Part shown: piece by piece, positions 53,517-64,000 of the stretch
Numbering within the stretch: the stretch's first letter is position 1
Layout: the number at the start of each line of letters is the position of its first letter
From: Paraspadella gotoi
Lineage: Eukaryota > Animalia > Chaetognatha
Length of the DNA: 64,000 bases
NCBI GenBank assembly: GCA_051294375.1
Contig: CM119265.1
Span: 27,898,665-27,962,664, forward strand
Direction: 5' to 3'
Translations under genes and position numbers: made by a program
The notes under the pieces: model-generated
Seen by the model: the letters and a program-made list of their open reading frames with translations, nothing else
What the model was told of the DNA's origin: nothing
The model's database searches: none

Positions 53517-56016
53517 GAGAGAGGAGAGAGAGGCAAGGAGAGAGGAAGAGAGGGAGAGAGAGAGAGAGAGAACCGAAGCCCCAATTTTGGGCGTAAAGTC
53601 AAGATCAGAGGCTGGCGACGGTATTGGGCGTAAAAATGACGCAAATCGAGGGAAAAGAATAAAAATTGGAGGAAAAGAAAAAGGAGGAAAATGGAGAAAG
53701 GAAAAAAATGAAGGAAAATGGAGGAAAATGGAGAAAAATAGAAAAAGGAAAAATAAAAAAGGAAAGAAAAATGAAAAATAGAGAAAAGAGAAAAAAAATA
53801 AAATGATAGAATGAAAAAGAAAAAAACAAGATCGTCCATCCATGTAAATCGGTCGCACATGACTTTCTTCTGTATTCATGCACCGACCGACACCGCCAAA
53901 CCGACGATAATCCACCGACACGATCCTGATCCGATGTCCGAACCGACCGACGAGCCGACCGACCGATCCTGACGCGGATAGAATACGACCTCCTCGATAT
54001 CCGACCGACCAGAGCGGGACACGATACGAACCGACCGACGACGGACCCGAAACCGACGATTAAACCATCACGAACCGACCGACCGAACACCGACCGAAGA
54101 AACCGAACCGACCGCCGATCACACAGCGACAGACCGAACTAAATACTCAGGTAAGTGACGCCGAGGTTACCGAATACAATGCCGACAACCGAACCGACAT
54201 AACCGACGGATCACCGATAAACCCGACGAGACCGACCTGAACACTGAAAATCGATAAGACACATCGATCTGACTGCCGAACGAATACGAATATAAATCAA
54301 AAGCCGACCACGAGACCGATGCCATCCGAGCAGACAGAACGAATCGACATTCGAGATCGACGGATTGCAGAGCCGGATCGCGATGACTGATAAAATAAAC
54401 GAACGAGGCCGACTAAAGAGTCGCGACGAAACGCATCCAAGATACAGAAATTAACCCACTTCCCGACGAACGCGAGAACATATTGAAACCAAACGTAAGC
54501 TGCGGCGACCGCAATAAAGCCCACCGCCTACCGCCGAAACACCGACAACGATAGCAACGAGTTAAAGAAGAGGAGAGGAACTGAAAGACTTTAGACTAAC
54601 ACGATACTCATTATCGAAACGCGCAATTCGAAGAGCGAAACGAGGGACGAACTCGAACCGCAAACGAAAAACTAGCGACAGACGCTGAGAAGATAATTCG
54701 ATACACGAAAATATGCCGCGCGATAGACGACTCCGCGAAAAGAGACATCACGAAAGGATAGCTTATTATACATAAGCACGATTTCTATGAATGCGAAGAC
54801 GCCGAAAGCCGCGATCGATCCCGACCAAAAGTGCGCAGCTAACTGCGCAGCTAATATAGGAAAAGAAAAATAAAAGGAAGGGGACAAAATGTGAGGTGGA
54901 ACACCAAAATAACAAAAAGGCGGAAAAATTGGAGAGGTAGCAAATGAGAGATGGAGGAAGAGGAGAGTAAAAATTGGCTAGGAATGGGGAGTTGGTGGTC
55001 TGAGATGTTTGTAAATGTGGGTAAATTTTGGGTAAATGGGGGAAATGAGGGGAAATATGGGTAAATGTGGAAAATGTGGAAAATGGTTGGTAATTGTGGG
55101 TAAAATGTGGTAAATGTAAGTTAAGATGTGGTAAATGTTAAGTGATGTGGTTAAATGTTTGGAAAAATAAGGAAATGTGGGTAAATGTGGGGAAATATGG
55201 GTAATGGTGGAAAAAAATGTTGGGAATATTGGGTAATTGTGGGTAAATGTGGGTAAATGTGTTAAATGTCAGTAAATGTACGTAAATGTGGTTAACTGTT
55301 GTGAAAATAAAGGAAATTTTTAACTGTTTTTTTAGAATGGCAAAAGTAAAAAAAGAAAAAAGAACAGTAAGGGGAAAGAGAGGAGAAAGAGAGAGCTCTG
55401 AGAAATGGACGAGAGGAGATAGGGTCTGTTCGAAGGACCAACGGAAACTTGAATTCGACTTCTTTTTTCACGCTTTACTTTTATCAACGTCTGTAAAAAT
55501 AAAAAAAATTGAAAAGCCAAAAAAGTAGAAGTTAAGAGATAAAAGCGAAATTTATTTAAAAAAGAAGAATTTAAAAATAGTTTTAATGCATAAATTGTGT
55601 TATTTTCCTTTTCTTCGTTTTGTAGTAAATTATTAGAAAAAGTTGAATTTGATTTCAACAACGATTTATTTAGTAAATAATAAATTCCAACTTTTTCTAA
55701 GCAAATTAAAATTTGTATTTCTTTCTATTAATAAAATCAAATAAGTAATGCTTCCGGAGGGAATAAGAAGCCATGGAGACAAAGGGTGCAAAAGAAAAGT
55801 AAAGAGCAAATTAGAAAGGTTAGAGAGTTAGATAGGTCAATGATTCAGACTAAAGATCTAAAAAGAGAGTTTTGAAGAGAAATGAAAAGAGAGGTTAGAA
55901 AATTAAAAAAAGAATTCTGCAGGGAAAATGATCAAGGCGAAGATGAGAGAAAGGAAAAAGTAAATGAAAAAAATAGAGGAGGTTAAAGAATTAAGAAATA
56001 AAGAGAGAGAGAAAGA

Positions 56017-56072
<56 letters not shown>

Positions 56073-57157
56073 GAAAGAAAGAGAGGAAGAAAGGAAAGAA
56101 GACGTGGGTGTTTTGAAAGAAGCTTGATTTTTTTAAAAATCCTGGGGGAAATTAATTTCGGTGTCATGAACGACAAATGAATCGAAGAGAAAGAATAGGA
56201 AGGAAACAGATGATGAAGATGATGATAATGATGATGATAATGATAATGAACGATGATTGATGATTAATGATATATGATCAAGAAGATAATAATGATGATT
56301 ATTATGATGATGACGATGACGACAGATGATAATGACGACAATTAAAAATGTGGAATGATGATGATGATGATGAAATGATGATGATATGATGATGATGATT
56401 ATGATAATGATGATCAGAAATATTGATGATAATTATTAATGATGCTGATGATGATGACAATGTTATACCGATGATGATATATAATATAAGTAAACATAAT
56501 AAATAAAAAATAAGTATAATTTAGAATTTTAGACACACAACAAAAAACAACGATGAACGACGACGACGACCGCTGGCCAAATCAATCCATAAAATCAGTA
56601 CTCGTGTCAGCCGCCACATAAATAAGAAAAATTTCAATAATTTCATAAAGACCCTTGGCCTGAGTTCCAAAAAGGTTTTTTTCTTTTCGTCTTTTATTAT
56701 TATTTTTGTTTATTATATCATATCCTAATATTACGTTAATAAAAGAATATTCATATTTGCCTTATTAATTTTTTTTCATCCTTTATTAACTAAAGGGGAA
56801 AAAAACCTTTTGTCATTGTCGAAAAAATGTGGAAAAGAACCCAAGCGCATCAAACGCCCTTGATTTCTAAATTGGTCACTAATGGAAGCCGTTGATTGGA
56901 GCGAGGAAGACAGAGAGTGAGAGAGTGGAGAGAGAGAGAGAGAGAGAGAAGAGAGGGAGAGAGAGAAAGAAAAAGATGGTCGACAGGCTGAAGAACACCA
57001 GAATATTGACAAAAATTTGATAACATTTTTTTTATTTTAAAATCTCAACAATTGACTGATAACTTATTTCTTTTTCTCTGGCCTCTTTCGGAAAGGAATG
57101 AATTAACCATGGCTCTCCTTCCTCTTCTCCTCTCTCTCTCTCTCTCTCTCTCATTCT

Positions 57158-57188
<31 letters not shown>

Positions 57189-57443
57189 ATCTCTCCTCTC
57201 GCGAGGAAATAATCGGAAAAAATTGTATTCGAAATATTCAGACGATTTGGCTGGAAAAAGTCTCCAATGGGATTTTGCCAAAAAGAAAAAAAATCCGTTG
57301 AACGAAAAAAAAATGTGAAAATAAAAAGAAAAGAAATCCGCAAAAGATTCTCATATTTATTTTTTTTTCTTTTTTTTATATCAAAATATTTCTGTTTTTT
57401 TTTCTTGCTTTCTCTCCTGTTTGTTTCTCTATCTTTCTGTCTG

Positions 57444-57475
<32 letters not shown>

Positions 57476-57483
57476 TCTCTCTT

Positions 57484-57514
<31 letters not shown>

Positions 57515-58429
57515 CTCTCGTCTCTCTCTCTCTCTCTCCCTCTTTTCTCACCTTTCCCCGGGTACCCTATGTAATTCTTCATCCTCTCTTTTTCGTTTTG
57601 TCTCCTCTCATANNNNNNNNNNNNNNNNNNNNNNNNNCTCTCTCTCTCCCTCTCCGTTATGTCCCTTCCCTCTCTCTCCCCTTTTCCTTTTTTTCCCCTC
57701 TCTCTCCCTCTCTCTCCTTATCTCCTTTTTCCTTTCTCTGGCGATGAAATTCCACGGCTTAACTCTTCCACTCGTCGTCGTCGTGGTCGTCGTGGTCGTC
57801 GTCGTCGTCGTCGTCGTCGTCTTTTCCAGAGTCGAAACCAAAAAAATATTCTTTTCCCTCTTTACAATTTTTGGTCTCGTTACTTTACTGCTTTTTATTT
57901 TTTATAATATTTGTCAAATAATGTTTAGTGTTTGCGTATTATAAAAAAAAACGTCAGTTTCCTTTTACTAAGATGTTGATAATTTATTTCTGATCTTCTC
58001 TGTCCTCTATTTATCATCTACAACAACATATTACAAAGGTCCTTCGAAAGGAATGAACCGAAACGAAATAGACATTAATTGAAAGTAAAAATATTTTAAC
58101 ATCAAATATCAAAAAAAATATCTAATTTTTTCTCGTAACTCGAAGTTTATTCCTTTAAAATTTTGTTTTGTTTGATTTTTTTTAATTCTACGCGATGACT
58201 ACGTGAAACAAAAACAGTACAAAACAAAACAAAACAAAACACATTATTTAGTATTTAGTATTTATTTTTTGGTATGGAATTAGTAATTTTTATTTTTGAT
58301 TGAGTTAGTTATTTTTTTATTTTTTTATAATTTGGTTATGCTAAAAGTACTGTACCTTTGTTTGATCCATAAAAATACCTTTATTGCTTTCAAAAAAGAG
58401 GGAAAGATATAACAATTTATAAGCAATAG

Positions 58430-58784
58430 TCTTTGACTTGCGTTAAAAGTGTAGAAAAATATCTTACTGTCATAAACTCAATTCACTGTATAAGAGAATG
58501 CACAAATGAATGCAGGCAGTAGTCGATGCCGAGGGAGGGCATACCAAATATTAAGGATGTTTTACCAATGTTTTTTTTATATTTTTTATTGAATAAATGA
58601 ACTTTTTAACAATGATGTCATACACTTTTTGCCTAGATGGTATATATACGATTTCTTGAAAAAAAAAATAGAAAAAATAACAAAAAAATAATTAAGAGAA
58701 AGATCTGATCTTGTCAAATATTATGTGATTTACTAACCATTAGTCACTTATCAACTGTTAAACCTAACTGGCGTTATCACACTG
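58430..58784 (+). mobile_element. Tc1-like transposon 3' remnant
   Basis: LNSLYKRMHK*MQAVVDAEGGHTKY* (stop at 58552-58554) matches the Tc1 transposase C-terminus; candidate terminus ACTG-TA at 58784. Confidence 0.75.
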
Positions 58785-58868
58785 TAGGTTGTGAAAGTTT
58801 CAGTAGAACTGATGCACTTAAAAAAGCACAAGTGTTTCAGTTTCAAGTTTTTAATTTAGTCACTCTCG

Positions 58869-58906
<38 letters not shown>

Positions 58907-59035
58907 TCTCTCTCGTCTCTCTCTAACTTTTGGAAATCTCTTTCATGTCAGAAGTTTTTTGCTCTTTTTTTTCTTTTCTTTCCTTCATTTTAATTTTCTT
59001 TATTTTTTCTTCCTACTTTTTTACCTCCCCCCTGG

Positions 59036-59066
<31 letters not shown>

Positions 59067-59571
59067 GTCTTCTCTCTTCAGTCTCTCTCTCTCTCTCTCT
59101 CTCCTTAGTCCTTTGGCTCGGTCCGCCGAGTTCCCTGCCGATTTGGAAAGAGTTTGGCCACTTTTGTGTTCCACTTTGTTTCCATTGATTCCTCTCGTTC
59201 CTCCTCCCTCCTTCCATGCCCCTTACAGACTCTTCCACACCCCGATCATCTCCTTCCCATCCATTTCTTTCATCTGTATCCATCTGTATCTTGATTCAAA
59301 AGTCTATTTCTTTCTTTTATTCTTCTTCTTACTTTCTTATTCTTTTATTTATTCATTTATACAAAAGCCACCATCTTTAATTTTAAATCTTATTTTATAA
59401 ATTTATTTTTCACAAGTACTTAATGTCAATAACTTTTGTTCTATAAACAAATAATAAATAACCATCTTACTTTTATTGATGAAAGATCTTTCACCAAGAC
59501 TAGAAAATCCGTCCATCGCGGTTTAAAAACGATTTCTAGAAACCAGCCCACTTAGCATAACCCCTTTTCCT

Positions 59572-59602
<31 letters not shown>

Positions 59603-60865
59603 NNNNNNNNNNNNNNNNNNNNNNNNNNNNNNNNNNNNNNNNNNNNNNNNNNNNNNNNNNNNNNNNNNNNNNNNNNNNNNNNNNNNNNNNNNNNNNNNNN
59701 NNNNNNNNNNNNNNNNNNNNNNNNNNNNNNNNNNNNNNNNNNNNNNNNNNNNNNNNNNNNNNNNNNNNNNNNNNNNNNNNNNNNNNNNNNNNNNNNNNNN
59801 NNNNNNNNNNNNNNNNNNNNNNNNNNNNNNNNNNNNNNNNNNNNNNNNNNNNNNNNNNNNNNNNNNNNNNNNNNNNNNNNNNNNNNNNNNNNNNNNNNNN
59901 NNNNNNNNNNNNNNNNNNNNNNNNNNNNNNNNNNNNNTCTCTCCCTCTCTCTTTCACTCTATCTCTCTTTCACTCTAACTCACACTCTCTCTGGCAAGGT
60001 ACACTGCTCCGCTTTTTCATTCGTGGCAGACAATTTTTTTCTTTCCTTCTTTTGTTTTTTCGTCTCTAAAACTTTAACTCAAAAATTATTTTCACAATTT
60101 TTAAATTCTGAAAGTTTTTCATTTTTAATTTTTTTAAAGTTTTTGGGATTTTTTTGAGTATTTGAGTTTTTTAAAAGTTTTTTCGTCTCGTTAAAAAAAC
60201 TTTAAAAATAACATTTTTTAAAAACAAAACGACAATCATTATTATTTCTCCTTTTTTTTCATTTTTCCATTTTTCCTTAATCTTTTTGCCGCTATTCCCC
60301 ATAATCTTCCGATTTCAGTTTTTACCAACACACCCGCCCCTCTTCTACAACCGAATCCTCTCTCCTCTCTCCTGAACCCCAGGGGTCGCGATTCCCAGAC
60401 TTTCGCGCTCACCGAATTCCATGTTTCATTTTCTTCGATGGAACAGATCATCGGGGGAAATCAACGACTCTTCTCTTCTTGATCCCAATTCATCGTCTCT
60501 CTCTCTCTCTCTCTCTCTCTCTNNNNNNNNNNNNNNNNNNNNNNNNNNNNNNNNNNNNNNNNNNNNNNNNNNNNNNNNNNNNNNNNNNNNNNNNNNNNNN
60601 NNNNNNNNNNNNNNNNNNNNNNNNNNNNNNNNNNNNNNNNNNNNNNNNNNNNNNNNNNNNNNNNNNNNNNNNNNNNNNNNNNNNNNNNNNNNNNNNNNNN
60701 NNNNNNNNNNNNNNNNNGTTAAGGGGGTAAGGAGGTTCGGCAGTCGGTTCGAGGTAAGGGGAGGCGAAGGGAATATCTGAAAGATGAGGTGAGTCGATGC
60801 CTTTTGTTTCTCTATCAGATTCAGAAATCGGGGGAAAGTATCGTATTCAAGAAGCAGGTGAAATT

Positions 60866-62670
60866 ACATTCAGATCGGATTGAATCGGAAGAATTATACT
60901 TTGTGTGGACAACTTTTTGCAAGCTACCTGAATCCGATATTAAAAATAAAAAAAATATTCTTTTTTTATTTATCAGTTTATCATTCATCACTTATCTATC
61001 CACCCTTTTCTTATTTTCTTCTTATTTTCCTCTTCTACTTCTCTATCCACCCTTCTCTTATTCTCNNNNNNNNNNNNNNNNNNNNNNNNNNNNNNNNNNN
61101 NNNNNNNNNNNNNNNNNNNNNNNNNNNNNNNNNNNNNNNNNNNNNNNNNNNNNNNNNNNNNNNNNNNNNNNNNNNNNNNNNNNNNNNNNNNNNNNNNNNN
61201 NNNNNNNNNNNNNNNNNNNNNNNNNNNNNNNNNNNNNNNNNNNNNNNNNNNNNNNNNNNTATTCTCTTCTCTATTTCCTCTTCTACTTCTCTATTTGCCC
61301 TTCCCTCTTCCCCTACCCTTCGCTTATCTATTCCAGTCTGGATTTCATCAAAATTCCTTTCGCTGTTCAGATTTAGCAAATCCGTCCCTCCCTACTCCTT
61401 CTCCTTCCTCCTCTTCTCTCTTTCTCCTCCCTTCCTTTCTCCCTCTCTCCCTCTCCCTCTCTCCCTCTCTCCCTCCTCCCACTTTAATGACCAACAGCAA
61501 CCGTTTTCTTTCCGATATCAAACACAATAACGTACTTCCCTCTTGACAGATATTTTTTTTCCATCTTATCAATAACTATTTCTCTTTATCTTTTTTCGTT
61601 CCATTTTTTTTTCGCTTTGCAACTCTTATATTTTATTTCTCCCATAGAATTTTTGTCACTTTACTTTTTTTTTCCTTCCTTACTTCTTTCCTTCCTTTCC
61701 TTCCTTTCCTTCCTTTCCTTCCTNNNNNNNNNNNNNNNNNNNNNNNNNAATCGGATTGAATCGGAAAGAATTTATACATTTGTGTGCGACAACTTTTTGC
61801 AAGCTATCCTGGAATCCGATGATAAAAAAATTAAAAAATAATATGTCTTTTTTTATTTATCATAGTTTATCATTCGATCACTTATCTATCCACCCGTTCT
61901 TATTTGCTTCTTATTTTTCCTCTTCTACTTTCCTCTTATCCACCCTTCTCTTATTCTCTTCTCATTTCCTCTTCTACTTCTCTATTTGCCTTTCTCTTAG
62001 TTCTACTTCTCAATTTCCTCGTTCTACTGTATCTATCCACCCTTACTCTCTTATTCATCTTCTCTATTTCCTCTCTCTGACTTATACTATTCCACCCTTC
62101 GTTTTATTCTCTCTCTATTTCCTCTTCTATCTTATCTATCCACCTCTTCTTTGTATTCTTTCTCTATTTCCTCTTTCTACTGTCGTCTATCCACCTTCTT
62201 CTCTTATTCTCTTTCTCTATTTCCTCGTTCTACTTCTCTATTTGCCCTTCCCTCTTCCCCTACCCTTCGCTTATCTATGATCCAGGCTGTGGATTCATCA
62301 ACAAGTTCCTCTTTCGCTGTTCAGCATTAAGGCAAATCCGTCCCTCCCTCACTCCTTCTCCTTCCTCCTCTTCTCTCTTTCTCCTCCCTTCCTTTCTCCC
62401 CTCTCTCCCTCTCCCTCTCTCGCCTCTCTCCTCCTCCTCCCACTTAATTGACCAACAGCAACCGGTTTTCTCTCCGATATCAAACACCATAAGTACTTCC
62501 CCTCTGCACAGATATTATTTTTTCCATCTTATCAATTAACTTATTTCTCCTTTATCTTTTTTCGCTTCCATTTTTTTTTCCGCTTTGCAACTCTTATCTA
62601 TGTTTATTTCTCCATAGAATTTTTGTCACTTTACTTTTTCTCCTTCCTTACTTCTTTTCCTTCCTTTCTT
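60866..62670 (+). other. Tandem redundant copies across a 25-N gap
   Basis: ~60875-61723 is repeated at 61749-62670; the second copy spans the ~35-bp CT-rich repeat that is gapped in the first. Confidence 0.8.
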
Positions 62671-64000
62671 CCCTTTCCTATCCTTTCCTCCTTTCCTTCC
62701 CTTTTCCTTCCTTTCCTTCCTTACTACCTTCCTTTCCTTTCTTTCTTTTCCTTCCTTCTTTCTTTCCTTCCTTCCTTCCTTCCTTCCTCGCTTCCTTCCT
62801 TCCTTCCTTTCCTTCCTTCCTTCCTTCCTTCCTTCCTTCCTTCCTTATTTCCCTTATCTCCTTTTTTCCCTTCCTTTCTTCCTGTCCCCACCTTCCCTCT
62901 GTTCTTTTCTCTTTACGATACCTTCCTCTTTCTCCTTCCCCCTCCCTCTTCTATTCCCTCTTATGGACCCCTTCCATACCCCTTTCTCCTCCCCCTCTTC
63001 CTTCCCCCTCCCACCGGTCAGTCACATTCGGGGTCGACCAAAAGGTCGCCATCTTTTTTTTTCGTTCTCTCTGTCGTCGTCGTCGTCGTCGTCGTCGAAA
63101 AAATATCCAAAGTGGGGATCGAGTGGCATTGAGACGAAGGGAGAGCGAATGGCATCGTGAAATGGCAGTGTGTCGAGTGGCAAGATTGACGAGAGATCAA
63201 TAAATATATCTTTCGTTTTTTTTTTCGTTCAAAAACGATATTAGACGGTTTGGTGATGATTTAAAACTTTTAGCCCTTAGATAATATAAGATAACATAAA
63301 AAGTTCGAAAGGCTATCTACGACCCTGGGCCTTTAATTGAAGGACAATATAAGCTGTTTTTGCTGAGGGGAGTGTAAAGCTTTTCTTCTATAGTGAAATT
63401 GATTAAATGAGACTTATAAATTATAAAAGTATAATCTAATTATTATTTTATGACTGCTTTAATTCTAGACTCTAAGGCTTTAAAGGCTTTAAAATCTTTC
63501 AGACTCCAGAGTGTCACCTTAACTAATGTTCAATCAGTGAGTGAGCTTCCTTCTCGAGAAAGTCAAGCTATGTTATAATAGTGTTAGAGTCTTAGAGAGA
63601 TGGAAGCCAATACCCGCCAGCGACTGAGCAAAGTCTGGTAGCAAGACAACTTAGGAATTCATCAAATGAATTGATAATTTTAATATTGGCTGATATAACT
63701 TCATGAAAAAAATTATATAAAACATTTAAAAAGCATTTTGCAAAATGTGTCTCGGCTTATAACATGGTTAAAATAAAGTTTTACAAGCAACTCTCCTCGA
63801 TAACCTCCATCAACAGGTCACCCCATCAACAGGTCACCCCATCAACTTCTTGTTTCCCCATCAGGCAACCTCAGCATGGAAGCGGGCAGGCCCGGGCAAG
63901 CCCAGATCCTCAACCGATTCTCGATATTGGGATCTAACTTTTTACGACGCAGAATACGACATTTTTTATCGGAAAAAAATAGAGAGAGAGAGAGAGAGAG

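Larger units (their letters stand above)
45230..59602. other. Raw long-read-like traversal of the locus (redundant)
   Basis: Matches ~11750-13230 and 26292-27990, then degrades, resumes matching ~29785-30360 at ~52668, then runs as the reverse complement of 34220-30400 and 37950-36050. Confidence 0.8.

Noticed and set aside
63400-63850. Possible retroelement remnant and a 16-bp direct repeat near 63807-63846
   Set aside because: No convincing protein motif; the short repeat is unremarkable in this context.

Overview
AT-rich, microsatellite-dense eukaryotic DNA, most likely an invertebrate animal (the species cannot be determined), from a draft assembly with many N gaps and raw, error-rich long-read fill. 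It is not prokaryotic, and almost all ORFs in the supplied track are translations of simple repeats. The one well-supported gene is on the minus strand: a spliced multi-immunoglobulin-domain secreted or cell-surface protein. Six exons can be joined by hand with GT-AG ends and matching phases (28987-28604, 27637-27529, 12416-12089, 8571-8428, 5867-5725, 5212-5067), and further exons may lie below 400. Its introns and flanks carry a BEL/Pao retrotransposon 3' end with an intact LTR (present in one copy of the locus, absent in two others), a LINE ORF1/ORF2 junction, a Tc1 remnant, several Helentron-associated (HINE/DINE-like) elements, a ~2 kb foldback, a 94-bp perfect hairpin, and several minisatellites. 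Roughly half of the window is redundant: direct or inverted noisy copies of the same segments separated by exact 25-N gaps, including one copy from which G has been systematically dropped. These are best explained as assembly artefacts. I found no convincing new biological system. The best leads are the divergent Ig gene with microsatellite-encoded loop insertions, the polymorphic BEL insertion and the foldback element.
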